This document shows, one piece after another, positions 10,594 through 21,900 of a stretch of DNA of 64,000 bases (position 1 is its first letter; the number at the start of each line of letters is the position of its first letter). Both the position numbers and the translations under genes were made by a program. This DNA is from Diplonema japonicum (Eukaryota; Protista; Euglenozoa: Diplonemea): positions 434,001-498,000 of the forward strand of contig OZ025686.1 in NCBI GenBank assembly GCA_964019335.1. The letters are read 5' to 3'. A model generated the notes under the pieces. It was not told the origin of the DNA, made no database searches, and worked only from the letters and a program-made list of their open reading frames with translations.

Positions 10594-10596
<3 letters not shown>
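9673..10596 (-). CDS. NAD(P)-dependent oxidoreductase, beta-hydroxyacid dehydrogenase / imine-reductase-like
   Basis: VSVLGLGKMG Rossmann motif, GWNRS, TVVNLCSGNP, YIDGA, helical C-terminal domain. Confidence 0.85.
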
Positions 10597-10640
<44 letters not shown>

Positions 10641-10887
10641 TTTTTTTGTTTTTTTGTTTCCCCCAGTTTTGTTGCACTTACAAAAAAAAAAGAAAAAGAA
10701 AAAGGAAAGCAGGAATAAAAAAAAAAAGAAGAAAGAACATATTTTTTTTTCTTAAAACACGTAATAGCCTCAGTAATGAAAGACAGGATTGGGGGGGTGG
10801 GGAGGGGAGGTGGGTGGGAAAAGAGAGGAAATGAAGAAATAAAAGGGGGAGGGGGTATTTTTAAAAGAAGAAAAAAAGAAAAAAAAA

Positions 10888-10929
10888 GAGACATTTAAGG
10901 GTACCTGCGGTATGTGACAGGACGCCTGA
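10888..10929. repeat. Dispersed ~43-nt hairpin motif, copy 1
   Basis: GAGACATTTAAGGGTACCTGCGGTATGTGACAGGACGCCTGA, nearly identical to 18856-18898. Confidence 0.8.
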
Positions 10930-10969
10930 AAAAAAAGGAGAAAAATAAAAATAAAGAGTGATAGTGGTA

Positions 10970-11007
<38 letters not shown>

Positions 11008-11179
11008 CTGTGGACCTAGGGGCATTGATGCTCCCCTAAGCAAAAAAGGATAAAAAAAAACAAAAATGAATTCTTTAATTTTTTTTAATGGAAGAACAGC
11101 GTGTATGGTTGAAAAGGGAAAGAAAAGAAAAGGAGGATGGGGATGAGAAGGGAGGGGATGAGAAGGGGGGGGGAAGTAT

Positions 11180-11222
<43 letters not shown>

Positions 11223-13907
11223 CATTTTTTTTTAGAACTTTTTTTTTTCCTTTTTTTTGATAATTTTTATACTTGTGTGTTTTTTTCTTTTTTTTTTTCT
11301 TTTTTGTTTGTTTTTTTTTAATGACCGGTAAAAAGAAAGGTGTGGAATCTGAGAAAAAAAAATCGGGAAGGGGAAGAAAACCCTATATGATGAGGGGAAA
11401 CTATAAGCAACGATCACCGCAAGGAAAAAAGAAGAGGGGAAGAAAAAAAAAAAGAAACACTAATTTCTTTTGAAAACCACGTATCTGAGTTGTCATCCCT
11501 CCTTCTGTTTTTTTTTCTTTTTTTTTCCCTCGTAAGGTGACGATGTTTAAGGTTGGGAGAAGCTTTTTACGAGCAAAAAAAAAAAAAAAAAAAAAGACTT
11601 TTTTGCCGAAGATTTCTTCTTTTTTTTTCTGCCCCCCCGCCAGTTTCAAGAAACTAATTTAAGAAACTAAAAATAAAGGTATAGATTTTTTTTTTTTTTT
11701 TTTTTTTTTTATGCTGCCTTGATCAGCCTATGAAAGATAAAATTATTTAAAGAAAACCCCACACTCCGAAACCGATCAATCACACAGTCCACAGGTATCT
11801 CTTTGTCCAGTTCATTAGGAAAAAGAGGAGTAGGTCCTCCCCCATCCTTCCCTGGAGAAAGCAAGAAAAATGTGTAAACCACTGACACCGACCGGGAGCG
11901 GGGGGGGGAACCCTCAAAAAAATGTGTGTGTGTTTTTTTTTTTTTTTTTTTTTTTCCCAAACCAGTATTTATTCAAAAAAAAAAGCTAAATAAAAAAATT
12001 TTAAAAATAATAATAACACAAAAAAAAAAAGAAAAAATATAACACGTCGTGCTAATCAGCTAATAAGATACCCCCTTTTTTTTTCTTTTTTCTCTCCCAC
12101 ATTTTCATCCCCAGGGTAACTATCTGAACAAAGGCTATGTACACAATAGAAAGTGGGAGGGGGTGGATGAAGGAGAGAAACAGAAAAAACCCAGCTCTTT
12201 CTTGGACGCCGGCTAGGCTTTCAGAAGGGTGGTACAGAAAATAAATGGGAATAAAGGTCTTCTGCCAAAAACTTGCAAAGAGACAGGGGGTGGGGTAGGG
12301 GGGTGGAGAAGGGAAGGGGAAACTTTGATGAGAAAAAAAAAAAAAAAAAAACCTTTCTTCCTTTTTTTATTTTTATTTTTATTTTATTTTATTTTTTTTT
12401 CCATCCTTCTTTTTTTTTTGATGGTACATAAATAAATACCTCGCTCCATAAGTAAGGTCAATTACACAGTAATCCTGTCGGGGAAAAAAAAAAAGAAAAA
12501 GAAAAAGAAAAGCAAGGCGTTGAGAACTGGCAGCCTAGAGCAAACTAGATTTAATCCTTCCGGGCAGATCCCCCAAAAAACTTAAAAAAGATTACCGTAT
12601 AATTGACCATAAATGGGAAACAAAGAAAATAAAAGAGACTAAGGGAGGGGGATGTGTGAATCTCAGTAAGGCACACAAACTAGGTGTAACAGATACACTC
12701 AGACAGGGTAAAAAAAAGGGGAATAAAACAGGGCGGGGGGGGGGAATAGAAAAAATGATTGATCTGATAGTTATTAGTTAAGACACAGTCACGAGGAGAG
12801 GGGAGAAAAAAAGAAGAGAAGGGACCCCCCCCCCCCCCTTTCCCCCCGAAGTCCGCATTGAGAATGGGAAGTATTTTCTTTTTTTGTAATCCCCCCCTCT
12901 TTACACTGCACCATATACATCCCAATGAACCTTTTTTTCGGGTTCCTTTTTCGTAGTTTTTATAGCGAACACTGCTATCTATTTATTATCGCCCCCCCCC
13001 CCAAAAAAAAAGAAGATGAAATACCCTTCTCTCCTCCCAGTTTTGCATTTTTTATAAAGAAATTTTAAGTGACCACTTTTTACTTTCACACTCTTTGTCG
13101 TTGTTTTTTTTTTTTTTTTTTTTTCTCTATTTGCTTTTTTTTTTTTTTTTCTTTTTTTTTTCCCCTGAAAATCCCCCATTCAGCTCAAGAAATAATTACG
13201 GTTAAATTTTTTTTTATGTAACAGGGAAAAAAAAGAGAAGATGGGTAGGGGTGGGGCAAGGGCGGGAGGAGGGGGGGGTGAGGACACCGCCTAAGTAAAC
13301 AGCCGAGCCAGAAGGCCCCCACAAGGTTTTTTTTTTCCTGCTTCCACACGAAGGAAACAATTGGTACTCCCCCCCCCCCCTTTTTTTCCTTAATTCCCTT
13401 TAAACAGGTGAGGTAGGGACTTAGAGAGGACGCACGTTGGTACTTACAGAAGAAAAAGTAGAATAAAGTCCCCCCCTCCCCATCCATCCTTTAATTTTTT
13501 TTAAAAGAAAAGAGGGAAATGCGATACCAAACCTAACGACCTTACAGGGGGAAAAGGGGAGGAGGGGAGAGGGAAGGAGTACGATGGGGAGGGTAGAGGG
13601 AAGAGAGATAAAAAAGCTGATGGAAAAAAAAAAAGAGAAACAAATTAAAAAGAAAGGTGATCTTGGTTAGGTACCCGACCTTTTTTCTTGTTTTCCCTTT
13701 TTTTTCTTCTTTATTCATATCTCGTCTCCCCACCACCCGTTTCTTTTTTTTTTTTTGTGTATTCTTTTTCTTTTTCTTTTTTCGTGCGTGTTACCTCATT
13801 CCTTTTTTTTTTAAAAGCTTTTTTTTCAAGAATTCTTTTTTTAAAATTTTTTTTCCACCCTCGAACGAAGGGGGGGATAAAAAAAAAAGAAAAGAAAGTG
13901 TACCTTT

Positions 13908-13939
<32 letters not shown>

Positions 13940-14004
13940 CCCTTCTTTCCCGATTAGTGTCGTTTTTTTTTTTTTTTTTTTTTTTTTTCGTGTCAAAAAA
14001 TTAT

Positions 14005-15880
14005 CTAACAGGATTGTTTTTCATCTGAAGATGACGCAGCATCAGGGCTTGAGCGTGTGAGCCCTTCAGAGGAAGAGGTGCTATTCGACGATTTATGCTG
14101 CACATGCCTGAAAGGGGGTTGGTAAGGGTTCGCTGTTTGGTGCATAGCAGTAGCCGGAGGCATGGAGAGCTCCTTAAGGGGCTGGGGCTGGGGGGGTACT
14201 GGCACTGTAGCAGAAGGAGGCGGAGTATCCACCTTCATTCGCCCGAACAAGCTGTTACCACTGTTCACTGCCGCCAAAGGTGACTCAGGTGAAACAAGAG
14301 GAGCAGGAGACACCTGCTGCACCATCGCCTGCGGCGGCCCTGCAGTAGGAACACCTTGTGAGCCCCATGGAACTACCATGTTATGCCTCCAGCTCAAAGG
14401 GTGAGGCTGCCCCCACATGGGGTTCCACTCTCTCGGGTCACATCCGAATACGGCCATTAACTTTTTTTTTTTTTTTTTTTTTTCTTTCTTTTTTTTTCTT
14501 CCTTCAAAAACCGCATACCGGAGTTGGAGGAGGTGGTGCGTACTGATAGTTGCGCATGTTCTTCTTCTCCTCCCATGTCCTTGTGAAGTGCTCGTAGCAC
14601 TTCAACATTCGCAGGGTGGCGGAGAACAGCATCCTGACGTCGACAAACCTGAAGGTCCCCCTAGCCACGTCGTTATCCACGCTAAGAGGGTCCTCAAGAG
14701 AGAGTTGCGACCCTACCATGCTGTTGCATTCTGCCTCGCTCCTCGGCTTGTACCTTGCCTCTGCCACTGATATGGTGATGTCCTCCAGGTTCAGTGCCCC
14801 GGGTTCCATCCCGAAGGTCTCGAGGAACCCCACGAAGGCAGCCCCCAGTCCCTTGTACGCCGCATCGCTTCTCTCTGCGCTGCTGCTCCCGCTGTTGGTG
14901 CTCATCTCTGCACTCGAGGCCTCGCTGTCCCCGCTGCTGTCGCACTCGTTCTCATCCTCCTCTTCTTCTATGTCCGCGTCGTGCACGTGCTGCAGGTACG
15001 ACACCACCATCAAGCACAGGGAGTAGCTGCTCAGCCCCCCCTGTGGGTTTTTTTTTTTGATTTGCTGCTTCCCCCTGCATACCGTGTACAGCTCATTCAC
15101 GTTGCCAAGCTTCAGGATGTTCTTCAGCGTTATTATCATAGGCCGCGCGAGTCTGTACTTCCTGAGGAGACGCTTCATGTTCGCTGCACTGGCAGCCGCT
15201 CTCTTCATGTTGAAGGAGATGTCAGCATGTACTCCACTGACGACGTCGGTCAGCCGTATGAGGGGAACCTTGGTGTTGGTGATCAGGTGGGTGGTGAAGC
15301 CGTTCTGCTGCAGCGTGCTGCTAAGGGCATAGGCTTGTGACGCCTCTACACCACAGAGGGTGAAGTCGATGTCGGAGGAGGGGATGCATAGGTCGGTGGA
15401 CCAGCTGCCGAAGACCTCGAGCGTGCTGTCAGGGAAGACTTCTGCGGTGCATGATTTCACACGGTTGGCAATGTCCTGCCTCGTCTTCTTCTCATCAGAA
15501 GTGAGTTCCATGTAGCACATGAAGTCTCGCAGCTCCTCGTCAAGGATTCGTGACAGAGCTGACGTGGTGTTTAACCGTATCTTGCAGTTGTCAGTGAGGA
15601 GTTCCCCTGCGCTCGCTACAGCCACATCATCGTCTTCATTCCTCGAAGTTGTGGGCGCTTGCTCCATGGGAGCGGGGGTGGAGGTGCCTGAGCTGGGAGA
15701 CGCTTTGTTATTGCTGTTCTTGCCGTTCAAAAACTTCTCGTATCTTTTGCTCGCCCACCTCGGCAACGGCTGCGCTGCAACCTGCGGGGGCGGCGCCCAT
15801 GGTGTGCTACCTCTTAAATTAAACTTACTATGCCGGCCATGCTTCTTCGCACTGCCTTCCTTCGTAGCTGTTTCAGTCAT
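14005..15880 (-). CDS. Non-canonical poly(A) polymerase, TRF4/PAPD5-like (~591 aa, 2 introns)
   Basis: VFGSWSTDLCIPSSDIDF nucleotidyltransferase motif, TKVPLIR, LSLEDPL. Removing intron 15041-15082 (42 nt) restores ELYT-GGLSSY. Intron 14461-14518 (58 nt) joins the 14005 ORF in frame. Confidence 0.9.
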
Positions 15881-16150
15881 CGTGTGGAGGTGGTATCTTC
15901 TTTAACCTTAAACGGAAAACCAAATACAAAACTGGCTTTGCGCACAGGCACCCTATGGTCTTATCCCCAGACCTCTCCTGTGATGGATTGAAGATAATGA
16001 AGAATAACTTTAAAAGGCAAGTTTTTTTTTTGATTTTTTTTTTTTTTTTCCGATGATCCCTAAGAGAAAAAGTAAAAAGCAACTCGTCTCCCACTAATGG
16101 TCAACTTCTATGACTAGCACTTTCATCACTAACGTAACTTGCTTTTGCAC

Positions 16151-17266
16151 TTAAGCGTGAACCCCCCACACACGGATGGTGTTGTCAGTGTACCCAGAGT
16201 ACAAGGTGGAGCCGTCGGCGGACCAGGCGAGGGAGATGCACTCGGGCTTCATGGCCCTCTTGCCCATCTCAGGAAGCTCAGGCACAAGCTCAGCAACGGT
16301 CTGCTTGCTCTCGAGGTCCCAGATCTTGATGGCGGAGCCGGTGGCGGCGCAGAGCCAGTACCTGAAGGGTTGGTTGATTATATATTAATGAGGTCAGCAC
16401 ACCTGTTGGGGGAGAAGCACAGCTCGTGGATGACGTCAGAGCCGTCGTCAAGGGAGTACAGGTGGTCACCCTGTTGTGTTGAATGGATTGTTAAAACAGC
16501 AGCATACCCTGTTAAGGTCCCAAAGCATGGCGGCACCATCCTTACCACCCGAGGCGCACAGGGAGCCATCAGGGGACATGGTCACGGTGTTGACGTACCT
16601 GTGTGGTGGTGATATATTGCAACATTTGCATACCCGGTGTGGCCAGCAAGGTTGGACTGGAGGCCGAGGTTGTTCAAGGACCACACCTTGACCATCTTGT
16701 CCCAACCGCACGACACGATGAGGGGGGTCTGGGGGTTGGGCGAGAAACGGGTGCACGAAACCCAGTCCTTGTGGCCCTCGCTGTCGATGGTGAACTTGTT
16801 CTCACCGAGGGTGTTCCACATCTTCATGGTGTTGTCCCTGGACCCAGAGATGATCTGACGGTTGTCAGGGCTGAAAGCAACCGACATGACGTCCTTGGAG
16901 TGGCCCATGAACCTGCAGGTGCTGGCGCCGTTGGAGAGGTCCCACAACCTCAGGGAGTTGTCCCAGGCACCGGACAGACCGAACTGGCCGTCCGAGGAGA
17001 TCTGAACATCCTGGACAAAGTTGGAGTGGCCATCCATCCTCCTCTTGGCGTACCCGTACACGCCAGTGCTGGAGTCGGGGGCGATCTCCCACTGGATGAC
17101 AGAGCAATCTGTGTTGGAAAAAGTTATTTTTTTTATTCAGATCACACATACCCCTGGACCCGGAGATCAGCGACCCGGTGGTGTCAATGGGGGCAGCGAT
17201 GGAGGTGACCCAGCCTCCGTGACCCTTGAGCTGCCCGTTGTAGCGGAAGTGACCTTGATTCTCCAT
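16151..17266 (-). CDS. RACK1: RACK1 (G-beta-like WD40 ribosomal protein), copy B, ~319 aa
   Basis: [54 protein letters not shown]. Introns 17109-17151, 16599-16633, 16471-16507 and 16362-16402 restore one frame. Confidence 0.95.
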
Positions 17267-17363
17267 TTTGTAATGTGCAAAAAAAAGCTGTTGTGCATTA
17301 AGATGGAAGTATGTCAGCAACATAAATTTTAATTTGAATAAAAGCCAATGATTAGGTGTTCGT

Positions 17364-18482
17364 CTAAGCGTGAACCCCCCACACACGGATGGTGTTGTCA
17401 GTGTACCCAGAGTACAAGGTGGAGCCGTCGGCGGACCAGGCGAGGGAGATGCACTCGGGCTTCATGGCCCTCTTGCCCATCTCAGGAAGCTCAGGCACAA
17501 GCTCAGCAACAGTCTGCTTGCTCTCGAGGTCCCAGATCTTGATGGCGGAGCCGGTGGCGGCGCAGAGCCAGTACCTGAAGGGTTGGTTGATTATATATTA
17601 ATGAGGTCAGCACACCTGTTGGGGGAGAAGCACAGCTCGTGGATGACGTCAGAGCCGTCGTCAAGGGAGTACAGGTGGTCACCCTGTTGTGTTGAATGGA
17701 TTGCTAAAACAGCAGCATACCCTGTTAAGGTCCCAAAGCATGGCGGTACCGTCCTTACCACCCGAGGCGCACAGGGAGCCATCAGGGGACATGGTCACGG
17801 TGTTGACGTACCTGTGTGGTGGTGATATATTGCAACATTTGCATACCCGGTGTGGCCAGCAAGGTTGGACTGGAGGCCGAGGTTGTTCAAGGACCACACC
17901 TTGACCATCTTGTCCCAACCGCACGACACGATGAGGGGGGTCTGGGGGTTGGGCGAGAAACGGGTGCACGAAACCCAGTCCTTGTGGCCCTCGCTGTCGA
18001 TGGTGAACTTGTTCTCACCGAGGGTGTTCCACATCTTCATGGTGTTGTCCCTGGACCCAGAGATGATCTGACGGTTGTCAGGGCTGAAAGCAACCGACAT
18101 GACGTCCTTGGAGTGGCCCATGAACCTGCAGGTGCTGGCGCCGTTGGAGAGGTCCCACAACCTCAGGGAGTTGTCCCAGGCACCGGACAGACCGAACTGG
18201 CCGTCCGAGGAGATCTGAACATCCTGGACAAAGTTGGAGTGGCCATCCATCCTCCTCTTGGCGTACCCGTACACGCCAGTGCTGGAGTCGGGGGCGATCT
18301 CCCACTGGATGACAGAGCAATCTGTGTTGGAAAAAGTTATTTTTTTTATTCAGATCACACATACCCCTGGACCCGGAGATCAGCGACCCGGTGGTGTCAA
18401 TGGGGGCAGCGATGGAGGTGACCCAGCCTCCGTGACCCTTGAGCTGCCCGTTGTAGCGGAAGTGACCTTGGTTCTCACCCAT
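17364..18482 (-). CDS. RACK1: RACK1, copy A, ~320 aa
   Basis: Tandem duplicate at offset 1213. Introns 18322-18364 (43 nt), 17812-17846 (35), 17684-17720 (37), 17575-17615 (41). Confidence 0.95.
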
Positions 18483-18855
18483 CTTGGCTAACTTAACGAT
18501 AATACTGTGATGAGAGTTGTTGCATGGCTGCAAGGTTGTAGTATTGTAGATGAAAGAATAAAGGGAAAATAGGGAAAAAAAAGAAGGAAAGAAAGAGCAA
18601 GTTGTCACATGCGTGCACATTTCCTCTCTTCGCTTTCTTTACTTCTTCTTTCCCCTCCCCTTCCCTTCAGAAAAAAACGTTCTGCTATTCTTTTTTTTTT
18701 TTTTTTTTTTTTTTGAAACTACTATTTTGTCGATATTTTTTTTTCTTTCACTCGAACTATTTTTTTCCACGGAGAAGGGGGAGGGGGAACAAAAAAAGGG
18801 TAAATAAACATGAAAAAGGACGACGTGGGAGAAAAAAAATGGTACAAAAAAAAAA

Positions 18856-18898
18856 GAGACATTTTAAGGGTACCTGCGGTATGTGGCAGGACGCCTGA
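18856..18898. repeat. Dispersed ~43-nt hairpin motif, copy 2
   Basis: GAGACATTTTAAGGGTACCTGCGGTATGTGGCAGGACGCCTGA, with a CCTGC/GCAGG stem. Confidence 0.8.
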
Positions 18899-18932
18899 CA
18901 AAAAAAAAAGAGCAACAACCTTCTTAATGTGC

Positions 18933-21900
18933 TCAAATATGTGTGCTTCTAGAAAACTTAATGCCATTGAAAACGGTTGTGCTCCTCGAACGCCTCTGGT
19001 GCAGCGGTGCAGGGACAGTGTCCACAATGTTCTCGTGCATCGACGCAGTACGGATACCGGAACGCGAAGGCCTGACCGACGCAACTCCCTGCACAGGGGA
19101 CTGCACAGGGGACTCCATTTCCATTGCTTGCTGGTGGTGGTGCAGTTGCTGTGATACGAATGTGAATATTATTATTATTTTTTTCTTTTGTATACCAACT
19201 GCGAAGTAATCTGCCTGAGCGCCTGCATCTCGTTTTGCATCACCATGCCCAGTTCCCTAATCCTTCTCTCGACCATTTCTATCTTCTTGCTTTGTGTCTT
19301 TGCCTCTGTCCTGGCATCGACTACCTTCTCAACAATAATGTCAAGCTGCCTCTGCCCCATCTTCGTCCCGATAGAGTTCGTTGGCATTCTGCTTTCAATA
19401 TCGTTGTTGGAAACCTTATTAGATAGGCAGATAGCTCTGTTCGTGGGGAAGAACGACAGGTCATGTACTTTCATTTTGTCGTAAACATTGGACTCTTGAC
19501 CAGTGAATTCGCTGGCTTCCTTTGTGCGCAGATGGTGGATGAAGTAGATGTACAGCCACATGTTATGATCACGTTTAATATGGTGCACAAATCCATTGGC
19601 CTGCAGGATTTTTTTTTTTTTTTTTTGAATCCATACGTGTCGTTCAAACTCTGAAGCTTCGATACCGCAGATGAAGCACTTTGTTTTGATGTCCTCATCG
19701 ATCTTCTGCTTCTCCGAACGCAGCTCTGCAAAGGTGTCGATGATGATACCGAAGATGATGTTCAGCAAGATGACGATCACGATCACGAAGAAACAGAAGT
19801 CGAAGCTGGCACGGAACACATAGAAGAGGTCCATCCCACGGCCGTCGGAAGTGGGTGCTTGCATGAGATCTCCGATACCACCGCCTTCGCGAATGCCGTT
19901 GAACAAGATGTGCACGAAACACTGCAGCATGCTCGTGCAGTTTTCTCCGTACTGCTCGAAATCCGTTTGAAAAAACAAAAACCCGATTACGGAAAACACG
20001 TAAATCACGATGACCGCCAGCAGCCCTGTCAGCAACAACGACCTCCCGTTCTTTGTAACAGACCTGTGTTAAAGTGTGCTATGTAACGTGTGGCATACCT
20101 GATTACCGACTGGAGCACCGTGCTGTTTGAAACAATGGAGAACAAGTGGAACGTCAGGAAGAATGGTGACGAGAGGCCCAACAACCCCGAGATGACCATG
20201 AGCAGCAGCATGATGAAGGCGGGCTCGTTCATGAGGCACTTTACGCTGAATAACAACATGACGCTGTCGTCTTGGTCGCCTTCTGTCTCCTCGATGTACT
20301 TGCTCGCCTGTGGCTTCTCCCATGGCTTTACGGATGCTCTTCTCTGTAGTGGCATCACCGACCCGCTCCTTGATGGTGGTGGTGTGTGCCCCAACCCCCC
20401 AGGACTCGTGGATGTCTTTATCATCTTATTATGTCGCAGCGTCCCGTCTTCGGGTGACAGCGTGTTGTGGCTGCGGGTCTGGTCCGACCACGGTGATAGG
20501 GGCTTGATCTCCTTCCTCTTCGTCTTCCCGGGTGACTTCACGGTGCTGTGTGGGGATGGTAGCCCGGAGGGTGTCGACGATTTCTTCGTGTTGCTCCAAT
20601 TCGACTCTTGTTCGTCACTGTCGCTTACATTGATCGGTGCCTGCACCATGGACTTCCGCCTCCGCCGTTTGGGGACGACCTGTCTCTTCGCTTTCGTAGG
20701 TAGCGACCTCCTCTTTAGTTTCCTCTCGTCTTCCTCCTCCTCTGCTTCATCGAACCACCCGCTGTCATGGTCGGTGTTCGCCGACATGATCTCCTGCGAG
20801 TTGTTCACTGAGTCGTGCCGTTCGTACACATGGCGCACCTCGTTCCTGATGCGTTGCCACCTCTTCGAAGGTGACCCAACAGGTGCTTCGTCGTCGGTAA
20901 CCTCCAACCACTTGGTGCCTGCCCTCTTTGCAGTTTTGTCGTCTTTCCCAGTCTCCAAAGGTGCCGGGCTGAGGTATTGGCTACCGTGTTGTGTCGTCAG
21001 CAGGATTGGCAGGTCGAGCATCGGGTCCGTCTCATACTCCCTGCTGACGGTAGTGTCCGCGTAGACGGAGTCTGTGTCTTTCCGCAAAGGGCTTGACACC
21101 AACGTAGGGGACTGGCGCAGCCGGGCTTCCCATTCTGTGGCAGTGGTCTTCACAGCTCTAAAGGCTTTTACTTTGTTCTCGTTGGGTTTTGGGTCTCGCA
21201 GTTGGAGAAGCTCTTGAGGGCCCAGCTGCCTGTGAAGGCGCGAGCGGCGTTCGTTCTCTGCTTCATTCCGCGCCTAGTTGCAATCACAGGAATAACGGAA
21301 CATACCTTGTGTGCGAGGATGGGGCCATGCGCCACTGCGTGGTGGCACACCATAGCAAGGGACAACACGAACTGTGGTGGCGTGAAGGTGGTGAGGTGGG
21401 TATACCTGGAAGAAAGCAAGAATGACAAGTATGGAGGACATGAAGATGCCGTACGGGTGGCACAGCAGCAGCAGGGCATTGGAAAGCAGGGCAATGTAAA
21501 TCAAAGCCTTCTCGAGCTTCTGTATTTTCCTGTTGGTGAGCACTTTAGCTATCGTCAGAAGGCCGGAGATGCTCCACTTGCGGGACCACTGCTCGCGAGC
21601 CTCTCTCAGAACTCGCTCCGAGAAGTGGAGGTCGCTGTACTTCATCTCGAAAAGCACGTCGTCTGCCATGCTGAAGAAAGATGAGATCCTTGCGGCGGGT
21701 GTGTCTCTGTCCACAGACCACAACACCTGCTGCCTAGTGGAGGTCGAGAGGTTTAAGCAGATCTCAGGGATCCTGAAGTACACCCTCTCGAGGTTTGCAT
21801 CTCTTGAGATCTCGATCCTTCCCGTCATAGCACGGAAGTAGGCAAAGCCTGCCTCGTTGTTCATGAAGAACTTGTTGGACTCCAGATACCCGACATCGTC

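Noticed and set aside
10680-14000. Many poly-Lys and poly-Phe ORFs, also at 4.2-5.2, 6.9-7.9 and 29.5-30.4 kb
   Set aside because: Translations of A/T homopolymer spacers.
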